Shown one piece after another: positions 7,536-16,002 of a stretch of DNA of 16,692 nucleotides. Within the stretch, counting starts at the first letter, position 1; every line of letters begins with the position of its first letter. The position numbers and the translations under genes were made by a program. This DNA comes from Nitrospinota bacterium (lineage in GTDB: Bacteria; UBA8248), in assembly GCA_046581755.1 (NCBI GenBank), contig JAYGFR010000040.1:1-16692 (forward strand), in the 5' to 3' direction. The notes under the pieces were generated by a model. It had not been told where the DNA came from. It saw only the letters and a list, made by a program, of their open reading frames with translations, and searched no databases.

Positions 7536-8236
7536 TTAGATGATCCCCGGAGCGTATTTCACGAAATCCCACCACCAGCGCTCGCGGAGGGGATCTGCAA
7601 GCTTTTTCAGCATGCCGGCGCTTCGCGCGGTGCCGGCGGCGGCCTCTTTCCACCCGTCCGACCCGATGGGATCGAGGGTGGACATCTCATAGAAGGCGAG
7701 GAAGGCCTGTTGGCCCTCCTGATTTCCCTGCATTTTCGTCTCCGCGGTTTTGACGTCGGAGACTTCATTCCGGCGGAACAGGCGCGCGCGCACCACAGCT
7801 TCCAGGGCGCAGAGGCGGGGAAAGTGCTCCTCCCGGTACCAGGCGGCAATCTCTTCTTCGGCCGCGCCCTCGGCGGGGTCGAAGCGGAGGGTGAAGACAT
7901 AGGGCGACTCAACGCGGGGGTGCTCCCCGCCGGAGGCCGAAAGGCTGTACACGCCGCGCCGGGCGTCCTGGATGATGCCCATGGACTGGCGCGTCCAGGG
8001 GGTGGGGTTGTTCCGGGATTCGAGATAGTAGGGGCTGTCGAAAGTGGCGAGATCGATCCCCTCGAAGACGGTGAGGCGCTCGTGACCCCCGTCTTCGCCC
8101 TCGCGGTTGTAGCGGCGGCAGGCGATGTAGCCGGGCCCCTCGAGGCGCTCGGTCGTGTGTTCCGGATGTCTTCCTCGCGCTCCTTGGGCACGTTGGTCCA
8201 GATGGCGGTGATCGCTCCCCCTTCGGGCAGGCTCAT
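7536..8236 (-). pseudogene. Tandem EthD/DUF4286-like dimeric alpha-beta barrel protein, frameshifted
   Basis: GAGGAG RBS and ATG 8236 give MSLPEGGAITAIWTNVPKEREED; the frame switches at ~8166 to PEHTTERLEGPGYIACRRY...SPYYLESRNNPTPWTRQSMG, which joins ORF 7536..7982 (second repeat EEEIAAWYREEHFPRL...ARLF...FLAFYE). Confidence 0.75.
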
Positions 8237-8254
8237 CGGCATCTCCTCAATCGG

Positions 8255-8680
8255 TCAGGGGCCCAGAATTTCGATCAGGTTGCCCTCGGGATCGCGCATG
8301 AACACCATCTGAAGTTCGGGGGTCCGGCGGATGGGCTCGCTCAAAAAATCGACCCCCTTGGCCCCCCACTCATCGTAGGCGGCCTGAATGTCCTTTACCC
8401 ACATCGTGATGTAGCGGAACCCGGCCTGGGCGTTCGCCCCAGAGGGCCCGGCGGGCGGGGCGTCCGGGAAATGGACCAGCTTCAGATTCACGTCCCCGAA
8501 CTGAAGATACTGAATGTCGAAGGGGGCCTCCGCGATGCCGCCCCGGCGAGCGGTCTCCTCGTCCACCGGAATCTGCCGCGTGGGGGTCATCCCCAGCTTG
8601 TCCCGGTAAAAAGACAGCGCCCCTTCCAGATCCCGTACCACCAGGCCGATATCGAAGACCGACCGCGCCAGTTCCACCAT
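8255..8680 (-). CDS. VOC family (glyoxalase/bleomycin resistance-like) protein
   Basis: DIGLVVRDLEGALSFYRDKLG and FMRDPEGNLIEI motifs; AAGGAG RBS before ATG 8680. Confidence 0.88.
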   Translation of the reverse strand: MVELARSVFDIGLVVRDLEGALSFYRDKLGMTPTRQIPVDEETARRGGIAEAPFDIQYLQFGDVNLKLVHFPDAPPAGPSGANAQAGFRYITMWVKDIQAAYDEWGAKGVDFLSEPIRRTPELQMVFMRDPEGNLIEILGP

Positions 8681-8710
8681 GTCAGGCTCCTTTATAATCA
8701 TGAGATGCGG

Positions 8711-10153
8711 CTAGTTCTTAATATTCGCCAGCCATTTGGCGTAGTCCACTGCCGGGGCGGAGTCGTGCTCGCGCCAGATGGTCATTTTTTCGGCTTCGAT
8801 GGAGCCCTCGGCGTGGATGGCGAGGACGGCCTGGTAGCCGCCGAAGTCGGTCGCCGTGAGCTCGGCGATTAGGTTCATCAGCCGGAGGCGGTCCCCTGTG
8901 GAGGCCCCGGGCACCCCGCCCAGGTATTTTTCGATGAGCTCTCCGAGATGGGAGTCGTTCATGTCCTCCTCGGAGGGTCCGGTGACGAGGAGACCGCCCG
9001 CGATGTCCTGCACCCATGCGAGCGCCTGGTGGTAGCCGGTGGCGAAGTGGAGCTTGGCGATGTTCACCAGCTCGGCGTTCGGGACGGCGATGCCATCCAC
9101 GATGCGGCACTCGCGCGCCGCCTCGCGGGTCATGCCCCGGAGGATCTGGGTGTAACAGATGAGCCGGGCCAGCTTGTCGCGCACGTGGTTCGCCCGGAGG
9201 ATTCCGTTGTACTCGGCCATGAGGCGCGAGGCGCCCACGAACAGATCGACGAGGGGGAGTTTGTAGCTCACGGCGGTGAAGCGGTGGTATTCGACAAAAG
9301 TTTTGGCGAGGGGTCCGGCCATGTCCGCCTCGCCGCATAAGAACACCCGCTCCCAGGGGACCTTGACGTCCTCGAAGATGGTGAGCGTTTCCATCATCTT
9401 GTGCTTGGCGCTGATGGGGTGCTCGAACGCGTTTCCGCCGCGCCCGTAGCTCGAGGCGATCATGGTGAGGCCGGGGGCGCTCGCCGGAACCGCGCAGGCC
9501 ACCGCGTAGGCCGCGTCCTTCTCGCCCATGTTGCGGGTGGGCAAGACGATGATCTCGTGCGCGTTGGTGGAGACCGAGGTGTGCATCTTGGCTCCGCGGA
9601 TGGTGATGCCGCTGGCGTCCTCATCGACGACGCGGACGTAGTAGTCCGGATGATTCTGGTCCGAGGGGCCCTTGCCCCGGTCGCCCTTCACGTCGGTCTG
9701 GGCGACCGCGATGGCGAGGTCGCCGTCCCGGCAGTGCTCGTAGAATTTTTTGACGCGGGGAAGGTACTCGCTCCCCCTCTCGCGGTCCATATGCGCGGCG
9801 ATGAGGTGGAGCGCGAACAGGGCGTCGGTCCCGATCTCCTTGATGAGGACGACCAGAGTGCCGCCCAGGGCGGTGGCCCGCTCGATCAGGGCGCTCCGCC
9901 GGAGGAGGTCGTCCGTGCATTCGGGGATGTGGTAGTAGCGCGAGATGGGGCCATGGGGGCCCTCCGCGACGGCGAGGTCTCGATCGTCCGGGTTCCCGTC
10001 GCAGTGGGCCATCTCGTAGTCGATGGTGGCGTGATCAACCGCCAGCCCGATGACCGGATGCGCCGTCACGTCTTCGACCTGCTCGCCCCGGTAGAACACG
10101 CGGCGCCCGTCGCGCAGGCTTGCCCTGTATTCGTCCGGGCTCATCAGGGCCAT
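8711..10153 (-). CDS. 4-hydroxyphenylacetate 3-hydroxylase / 4-hydroxybutyryl-CoA dehydratase family flavoprotein
   Basis: YRASLRDGRRVFYRGE.VEDVTAHP, AQTDVKGDR, IRGAKMHTS, FEDVKVPWERVF and YHRF motifs; about 480 aa. Confidence 0.88.
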   Translation of the reverse strand: MALMSPDEYRASLRDGRRVFYRGEQVEDVTAHPVIGLAVDHATIDYEMAHCDGNPDDRDLAVAEGPHGPISRYYHIPECTDDLLRRSALIERATALGGTLVVLIKEIGTDALFALHLIAAHMDRERGSEYLPRVKKFYEHCRDGDLAIAVAQTDVKGDRGKGPSDQNHPDYYVRVVDEDASGITIRGAKMHTSVSTNAHEIIVLPTRNMGEKDAAYAVACAVPASAPGLTMIASSYGRGGNAFEHPISAKHKMMETLTIFEDVKVPWERVFLCGEADMAGPLAKTFVEYHRFTAVSYKLPLVDLFVGASRLMAEYNGILRANHVRDKLARLICYTQILRGMTREAARECRIVDGIAVPNAELVNIAKLHFATGYHQALAWVQDIAGGLLVTGPSEEDMNDSHLGELIEKYLGGVPGASTGDRLRLMNLIAELTATDFGGYQAVLAIHAEGSIEAEKMTIWREHDSAPAVDYAKWLANIKN

Positions 10154-10252
10154 GGTCCGCCCCCCCATTGTCGGTCCGGTTGGATGGATGCGCCCCTAGA
10201 TTAGCGGCTAACGGCTTCGGCGGGAAGCGGGGGGCGCCGAATATCGCCCCTT

Positions 10253-10282
10253 CCCGAAATCATCCTGCCCAAAATCATCCTG
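10253..10282. repeat. Tandem 15-bp direct repeat
   Basis: CCCGAAATCATCCTG followed by CCCAAAATCATCCTG (14/15 identical), upstream of the flavoprotein gene. Confidence 0.7.
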
Positions 10283-10298
10283 GAGGGGCGCCGGGCGC

Positions 10299-10331
10299 AA
10301 AAAAACCACCCCCGCAGGGAAGGTTTTTTTT
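10299..10331 (-). terminator. Probable intrinsic terminator after glutaredoxin, possibly bidirectional
   Basis: AAAAAAACC...CCC-GCA-GGG...GGTTTTTTT inverted repeat with A/T tracts on both sides. Confidence 0.5.
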
Positions 10332-10347
10332 ATACTTTTTGCGCGGT

Positions 10348-10608
10348 CTAGCCCTCGGCGGCGAACTCGGCGAGGCGGCCCTGTTTGTCGAGCGCCTGAA
10401 GCTGGGGTAAGCCGCCGATCGCCTCACCGTTGATGACGATCTGGGGGGCCGATTTTCCGCCCGTGCGCTCCCTCATGGCGTCCCATTCCGGGGTGTTGCC
10501 AAAAATGAGGTGTTCCTTGTAGTCGAGCCCGCGCTTTTTCAGCAGGGTTTTGGCCGCTATACAGAAGGTGCAGGGCTCGGTGGTGTAGACTTCGATTTCA
10601 ACCGGCAT
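10348..10608 (-). CDS. grxC: Glutaredoxin (Grx3-like, dithiol)
   Basis: MPVEIEVYTTEPCTFC (CxxC), SAPQIVINGEAIGG and LDKQGRL; 86 aa from ATG 10608. Confidence 0.88.
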   Translation of the reverse strand: MPVEIEVYTTEPCTFCIAAKTLLKKRGLDYKEHLIFGNTPEWDAMRERTGGKSAPQIVINGEAIGGLPQLQALDKQGRLAEFAAEG

Positions 10609-10822
10609 GAAATTTTTTCCCTGAATTTGTCGAATAAGGCCATGGAATCGGCCGCTGCCGAATGATCCCCTCTTGGCGAAAAGTAACGCTACCAAAATAA
10701 GGGTTTCCCGTCATCCCGCCGCGGGAGGCGAGCGGGGGGTGGGGGCTAAGTCCCTGATACGTCCGGTTTGTAAAATCAGCCCCATTCCCCGGAATATAAG
10801 GTGATTCTCCCGAAATAAATGG

Positions 10823-10851
10823 TTGACTTGGCGGCGGATTGGAGGTAAAAG
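10823..10851 (+). promoter_or_regulatory. Candidate sigma70 promoter for the regulator/polyamine operon
   Basis: TTGACT (10823-10828), 17-nt spacer, TAAAAG (10846-10851). Confidence 0.4.
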
Positions 10852-10863
10852 ATCGCGCTTGAA

Positions 10864-10902
10864 GTTTAGTAAAGCGTTCTTCGCATGTTTGGTTAACTAA
10901 AC
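10864..10902. promoter_or_regulatory. Candidate operator (palindrome plus extra half-site)
   Basis: GTTTGGTTAACTAAAC (10887-10902; 7/8 symmetric) and an additional GTTTAGT half-site at 10864-10870, just downstream of the candidate promoter. Confidence 0.5.
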
Positions 10903-11029
10903 TCTCCGACGGCCGGGGGGTGTACCCAATTCGATATTTCTTGTGCCGATTCGCGCCGGTGTGCGGGGCGCGGGCGTTTTCCGTCCGGTTTCTCGATTTT
11001 TGTGTTTCTCGGTTGGAGAGGGGGACATC

Positions 11030-11668
11030 TTGGGCGTTGATGGAAAAAGAAAAACCCCCGCCCAGAAGAACGGGGCCGGGAGCCGTCCCGAAAACGGAGT
11101 CAGAGCCGGGAGTCCCAACGGGAGGGAACTCTGGCAGGTGGGCGAGCGCATCCACGACCTGAGAAGGTCCAGCGGCCTCACCCAGGAGGAACTGGCCCAC
11201 CGCTCCGGCCTCACGAAAGGGTTCATCAGCCAGCTCGAGCGGGATCTGAGTTCGCCCTCGCTCGAAAGCCTGGTGAGCATTCTCCGGGCGCTGGACACTG
11301 GCATCGCGGCGTTTTTCAAGGACCAGGACGAGGAGCCGTTCGTCTTCGGAGATGGCGACTCGAACAACGCGGACACCTATCCCGAGGTCTCCGGGTTCCG
11401 GCTCATGGTGCCGGGCGGGGCCAACTGCGGCATGGAGCCGGCGGTGGTCACCTTCGAGCCGGGCCAGGAGATCGAGGAGAAGTCCCACTCCGGCGAGGAG
11501 TTCGGCTACATCCTTCAAGGGAAAGTGATCGTGACCTACGGGCGGCGCCAGATGACCGCCAGGCGGGGACAATGTTTTTACTTCGTCGCCGACCGGGCGC
11601 ACAAGCTGGCGAATCCGTTCGCCAAGCGCGCGAAGGTTTTGTGGGTTTCCTCTCCGCCGACCTTTTGA
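11030..11668 (+). CDS. XRE-family HTH transcriptional regulator with a C-terminal cupin domain (PuuR-like)
   Basis: [32 protein letters not shown]; cupin [12 protein letters not shown]...HKLANP. Start uncertain: TTG 11030 (after GGAGAGGGGG) or GTG 11138. Confidence 0.88.
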   Translation: MGVDGKRKTPAQKNGAGSRPENGVRAGSPNGRELWQVGERIHDLRRSSGLTQEELAHRSGLTKGFISQLERDLSSPSLESLVSILRALDTGIAAFFKDQDEEPFVFGDGDSNNADTYPEVSGFRLMVPGGANCGMEPAVVTFEPGQEIEEKSHSGEEFGYILQGKVIVTYGRRQMTARRGQCFYFVADRAHKLANPFAKRAKVLWVSSPPTF

Positions 11669-11726
11669 GGCGGGAGATTTGTATTTTCAGGGGCCCCGCG
11701 CCCCCCTGATCGGAGGTTCAAGCAAG

Positions 11727-12131
11727 GTGAATTCCTTGGGCAGGCATATCCTGGCGGAGTTCTACGAGTGCGACCCGGGGATGCTCAACGATACGAAAGC
11801 CATCGAGCGGGCGATGAAGGGGGCCGCCGAGGTGAGCGGCGCGACAATCGTTCAGAGCGTGTTTCACATGTTCAGCCCCCACGGGGTGAGCGGCGTGGTG
11901 GTCGTGGCAGAGAGCCATCTCGCCGTGCACACCTGGCCCGAGTACGGGTTCGCCGCGGTGGATTATTTCACCTGCGGGGAGGTGAACGCCGGGGCGGCGA
12001 TCCGGTATCTGGAGGAAGAATTCGGCGCGGAGCGGGTGACCACCCGCGAGGTTGAGCGCGGCGCGCTCGGACCGGGTGGAGAGGGGGCAGGCCTTCTGGT
12101 CGGCCCCGAGAGCGGGGAGGCGGAGTCATGA
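11727..12131 (+). CDS. speD: S-adenosylmethionine decarboxylase proenzyme (class 1B)
   Basis: [35 protein letters not shown] (ESH autocleavage site) and DYFTCG; GGAGG RBS before GTG 11727. Confidence 0.93.
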   Translation: MNSLGRHILAEFYECDPGMLNDTKAIERAMKGAAEVSGATIVQSVFHMFSPHGVSGVVVVAESHLAVHTWPEYGFAAVDYFTCGEVNAGAAIRYLEEEFGAERVTTREVERGALGPGGEGAGLLVGPESGEAES

Positions 12132-12595
12132 TCTACACCGTGCCGACCAAATACTTTTTCGCATATGGCTGCGCCGAGGGCTATACGACGCTCAACGCAT
12201 TCGATTCCGCTCTCATCAACGCAGGCATGGGCAACACCAACCTCGTCCGGATGAGCAGCATCCTCCCACCCCGGTGCGAGAAGATTCCGCCGGTGAACCT
12301 CCCCCAGGGTGCCATCGTTCTGGTGGCCTACGCGTCCATCGATTCCGCCGTGCCCGGCGAGGTCATCACCGCGGCGGTCGCCGTCGCCTATCCCGAGGAC
12401 GAGGATCATTGCGGGCTGATCATGGAATACCACGAAGCATCCCCGAAAGGGGTGGTCGAGGAGAAGGTCCGCCGCATGACGGAAGAGGGCATGAAATTTC
12501 GCGGGCAGAAAATTCGAAAGGTAGAGAGCGTTGCTGCCGAGCACGCCGTCCGAAATACGGGGGCGGCATTCGCGGCCGTGGTTTTGTGGAACTAG
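12128..12595 (+). CDS. pdaD: Pyruvoyl-dependent arginine decarboxylase
   Basis: [27 protein letters not shown] (SS cleavage site), CGLIMEY and AFAAVV; ATGA overlap with speD. Confidence 0.9.
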   Translation: MIYTVPTKYFFAYGCAEGYTTLNAFDSALINAGMGNTNLVRMSSILPPRCEKIPPVNLPQGAIVLVAYASIDSAVPGEVITAAVAVAYPEDEDHCGLIMEYHEASPKGVVEEKVRRMTEEGMKFRGQKIRKVESVAAEHAVRNTGAAFAAVVLWN

Positions 12596-13467
12596 ACAAG
12601 CGCCCATTCTTCCAGCCCGTTGCCCCGCCGAGCGGTCAGTTCTGGTTCACGGAACATCACTCCCCCACGAGCGGCATCACCGTCCGGGTCGAGCGCACCC
12701 TTTTCATGGGAAAAAGTGCGTTTCAGGAGGCCGCCGTCTTCGAGACCGAAGACTACGGGCGGATGCTCGTCCTCGGCGGGGCGATTCAGACCACCGAGTG
12801 CGATGAGTTCATCTACCATGAGATGATCGTCCATGTGCCCATGTGCGCCCACCCCAATCCCCGGAGGGTACTCGTCGTCGGGGGCGGGGACGGCGGCTGC
12901 GTACGCGAGGCGCTTTGGCATCCCGAGGCGGAAAGCGTGACGCTCGTCGAGATCGACGAGATGGTGGTGGATTGCTGCCGGAGGTTCCTGCCGGGGATCG
13001 CCGGGAAGCTGGACGACCCGCGCGTGGAGGTGCGCATCGAGGACGGGGTGAAGTTCGTCCAAAAACACAAGCGGGCGTTCGACGTGATTATCGTGGACTC
13101 GACCGACCCGGTGAACATGGCCTCCCCGCTCACGCGGGCGCCCTTTTTCCGGGCGGCGAAGGAGGCCCTGGCGCCGGGAGGGCTCTACGCGTGCCAGTCC
13201 CAGGGGCCGGTGTTCGAGGCCCGGGGGATGCGGCGCATCGCGCGGACTCTCCGAAAAGTGTTTCCGGGCGCGGCGCACTATCTGGCGAATGTGCCCACCT
13301 ACCCAGGCGGCGTTTGGAGCTTTGCGCTGGCCTCAAAGAGCGGAAAAAACCCGGCCGGGATCCCTCCGCGCCCGCTGCCCAAGGGTGTCCGGACGCGCTA
13401 CTACACGGCCGATGTCCACCGGTCGGCGTTTCAGCTGCCGCGCTTCGTCGAAGAGATCGTCCGGTGA
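12586..13467 (+). CDS. speE: Polyamine aminopropyltransferase (spermidine synthase family)
   Basis: [42 protein letters not shown] and VPTYPGG.WSF; GTG 12586 overlaps the end of pdaD. Confidence 0.92.
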   Translation: MELDKRPFFQPVAPPSGQFWFTEHHSPTSGITVRVERTLFMGKSAFQEAAVFETEDYGRMLVLGGAIQTTECDEFIYHEMIVHVPMCAHPNPRRVLVVGGGDGGCVREALWHPEAESVTLVEIDEMVVDCCRRFLPGIAGKLDDPRVEVRIEDGVKFVQKHKRAFDVIIVDSTDPVNMASPLTRAPFFRAAKEALAPGGLYACQSQGPVFEARGMRRIARTLRKVFPGAAHYLANVPTYPGGVWSFALASKSGKNPAGIPPRPLPKGVRTRYYTADVHRSAFQLPRFVEEIVR

Positions 13468-14318
13468 CGGTCCCCGGAGATCGGTTTCTCGGCGCTACCA
13501 GGGGCTTCGATGAGGCGATCATCGCCCTTTTCGGGTGCCCCTACGATGAGACGGTGACCTTCCGGCCCGGCGCCCGGTGGGGCCCCTCGGCCATCCGCGA
13601 GGTTTCCGATGTCCTGGAAACTTACAGCCCCGAACTCGGCAACGATCTCGGAGATATTCCGTTCTGCGACATGGGCGATCTGACCCTCGATCAGGGCCGG
13701 GTGGAACTGGTTCTCGAGGCCATCAGCGATCGGGCCCAGGAGGTGTTCACGGCGGGGAAAATCCCCTTCGCCCTGGGCGGAGAGCATCTGATCAGTCTGC
13801 CGCTGATCATCAAGACGCTGGAGCACCATCCCGACCTGGTGGTTTTCCATTGGGACGCCCACGCCGACCTCCGGAACGACTACGAAGGGGCGGTCCTCTC
13901 CTACGCCACCGTCATGCGCCGCGTTGCCGAGGCCATCGGGGGAGACCGGCTCGTGCAGTTCGGCATCCGCTCGGGAACGCGGGAAGAGTGGGAGTGGATG
14001 AAGGAGAGCCGGTCGGTGCACCCGCTGGACCCCGATCATGTCATGGCTGCGTTGGTGGAGCGGCAGGGGAGGCCCGTTTACCTGACGGTAGACGTGGACG
14101 TTCTCGATCCCTCTGTGTGCCCGGGTACGGGAACGCCCGAACCCGGCGGGACCACATTTCAAAACCTCATCGATTGCATCTATACGCTCCGGCGTTCGGG
14201 CGCGCCCATCGTCGCCCTGGATGTGGTTGAGCTTGCCCCGAAAATCGACCCCAGCGGCATAAGCGCGGCCGCGGCGGCGAAAATCGTCCGCGAACTCCTC
14301 CTGAGCCTCCGGGTTTAG
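13464..14318 (+). CDS. speB: Agmatinase / ureohydrolase
   Basis: FRPGARWGPSAIR, LGGEHLIS, DAHADLR and TVDVDVLDP...PGTGTPEPGG; GTGA overlap with speE. Confidence 0.92.
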   Translation: MTVPGDRFLGATRGFDEAIIALFGCPYDETVTFRPGARWGPSAIREVSDVLETYSPELGNDLGDIPFCDMGDLTLDQGRVELVLEAISDRAQEVFTAGKIPFALGGEHLISLPLIIKTLEHHPDLVVFHWDAHADLRNDYEGAVLSYATVMRRVAEAIGGDRLVQFGIRSGTREEWEWMKESRSVHPLDPDHVMAALVERQGRPVYLTVDVDVLDPSVCPGTGTPEPGGTTFQNLIDCIYTLRRSGAPIVALDVVELAPKIDPSGISAAAAAKIVRELLLSLRV

Positions 14319-14376
14319 CCTCGAAACCGCTCTCCGGCAAGGGAAGCGATTTCGGGAGGCGCCGGGCCCCGGGGAT

Positions 14377-14406
14377 TTGCGATCCGGGCGGATTTCCCGG
14401 TATATT
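14377..14406 (+). promoter_or_regulatory. Candidate sigma70 promoter for citrate synthase
   Basis: TTGCGA (14377-14382), 18-nt spacer, TATATT (14401-14406). Confidence 0.3.
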
Positions 14407-14560
14407 GTCTAAACGTTGGGATTAATCTTTCCGGTTGGTACACTGTATACATTCACTTTCCCCGGCTTATTCCGGGAGGGTGCAATGTTTCATTCCGTTT
14501 GTTTTCAGTAATTTCGAGGAATGCCCTCATTTATGTAAGTACGATTCAGTTGGAGGCATT

Positions 14561-15727
14561 ATGGCCGAAGAGAAACCGCGGCAGTTTGTCGGAAAAACCG
14601 AATTCAAGAAGGGGCTCGAAGGGGCCATCACGAACGAGAGTTCTATCAGCTACGTCGATGGCGCCAACGGAAAGCTCATCTACCGTGGTTTCAGCATCGA
14701 TGACCTGTGCGCCGGGGGCGGCGGCTTCGAGGAAACGGCCTATCTGCTGATCGATGGCGAACTCCCCACCAAGACGCAGTACGACGCCTTCTCCAAGGAC
14801 CTAGCGGGCCGCCGGGCCATCCCTCAAGAAGTGAAGGATCTGATCACCCAGCTGGCTTCGAAGACCCACCCGATGAACACCCTCCGGACGGCGGTTTCGA
14901 TGCTGGGTTGCCTGAACGACAAGGAATTCGAAGTCACCCTCGAAAACGACCTGGACATCTCCCTTTCCCTGACAGCGCAGTTCCCCACCATCGTCGGCGC
15001 CATCCAGCGCGCCCGAAAGGGTCAGTCCATCGTCGATCCGGACCCGTCCCTCGGGCATTCCGAGGATTTCATGCGAATGATGACCGGCGAGCTGGTCGAC
15101 GCGCGCATCGCCGGGGTCATGGACATGGCGCTCATCATGCATGCCGAGCACGGAATGAACGCCTCCACCTTCAGCGCCATGGTCACGAACAGCTCCCTCA
15201 CCGACATGTACAGCTCGATTTGCGCCGGCATCGGCTCCCTCAAGGGACCTCTCCACGGCGGCGCCAATGAGGCCACCCTGAACACCTTCATCGAGATCGG
15301 CGATCCGTCCAAGACCGAGGAATGGTTCATCGCCGCCAAGGAGAAAAAGCAAAAGGTCATGGGCTTCGGCCACCGCGTCTATAAAGCCTACGACCCGCGG
15401 GCCGTCATATTCGATCCCATCGCCAAGGAATTCGCCGAACGGGCGGGTTCGGGCCATCTCTACGAGATCGCCAAAAAGATCGAAGCCCTGGTGGTCGCCG
15501 ATCTCGGCGGCAAGGGGATTTTCCCGAACGTGGACTTCTTCTCGGGGGTGATTTACAACGCGATGGGAATCGACACCGACATGTTTACGCCGATCTTCGC
15601 CGTCGCGCGGATTGCCGGCTGGTCGGCGCGGATTCTCGAATACCTCCCGGAAAACCGGCTCTTCCGCCCCCGCGCGGTCTACGTGGGCGACCTCGAGGCG
15701 AGCTACAAGCCGATCGACCAGCGCTAG
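14561..15727 (+). CDS. Citrate synthase (short type; citrate/2-methylcitrate synthase family)
   Basis: KGLEG, LIYRG, HAEHGMNASTF, LKGPLHGGANE, MGFGHRVYK.YDPRA, FPNVDFFSG and LFRPRA; GGAGG RBS before ATG 14561. Confidence 0.95.
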   Translation: MAEEKPRQFVGKTEFKKGLEGAITNESSISYVDGANGKLIYRGFSIDDLCAGGGGFEETAYLLIDGELPTKTQYDAFSKDLAGRRAIPQEVKDLITQLASKTHPMNTLRTAVSMLGCLNDKEFEVTLENDLDISLSLTAQFPTIVGAIQRARKGQSIVDPDPSLGHSEDFMRMMTGELVDARIAGVMDMALIMHAEHGMNASTFSAMVTNSSLTDMYSSICAGIGSLKGPLHGGANEATLNTFIEIGDPSKTEEWFIAAKEKKQKVMGFGHRVYKAYDPRAVIFDPIAKEFAERAGSGHLYEIAKKIEALVVADLGGKGIFPNVDFFSGVIYNAMGIDTDMFTPIFAVARIAGWSARILEYLPENRLFRPRAVYVGDLEASYKPIDQR

Positions 15728-15782
15728 AGGGCGGCGGTTCCAAGACAGCCGAAACGTGAACAGGCGCAAAAACAAGCGCATC

Positions 15783-15816
15783 GGGGGGGCGGATTCGAAT
15801 CCGCCCCCTTTTTTTT
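15783..15816 (+). terminator. Strong intrinsic terminator
   Basis: GGGGGCGGAT-TCGA-ATCCGCCCCC hairpin followed by T8. Confidence 0.85.
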
Positions 15817-16002
15817 GCGGGCTTTCTGATTCATAGTCAAAGGTTTGTATTTTCTTCCCTTTTCGCTATATTACCCTGTAGGACTTTAAACACATGTAAC
15901 AAAGGGAATATATGGCATTCATTTTACTTTCGCAACCGCCATACTGCCCTAGTTTTCGCTTACTGATGCTTACCCCGTGCTTACCGATTTAGGGGACCCC
16001 CA

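Noticed and set aside
10705..10740. CGTCATCCCGCCGCGGGA resembling a REP-type palindrome
   Set aside because: Single, short and degenerate copy with no second instance noticed in the window.
12052..13463. Long N-terminal extensions of the speE (from 12052) and speB (from 12843) ORFs
   Set aside because: Off-frame read-through over pdaD and speE in high-GC DNA; family similarity begins at the overlapping GTG starts 12586 and 13464.
1407..15781. Many long antisense or alternate-frame ORFs (e.g. 1956..2762 -, 3162..4520 -, 9401..10204 +, 10598..11602 -, 14801..15781 -)
   Set aside because: Shadow ORFs of real high-GC genes with no recognisable motifs.
15783..15808. GGATTCGAATCC resembling a tRNA T-arm (possible att remnant)
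   Set aside because: It is the centre of a perfect terminator hairpin with a T8 tail; no cloverleaf, canonical T-stem closure or CCA end.
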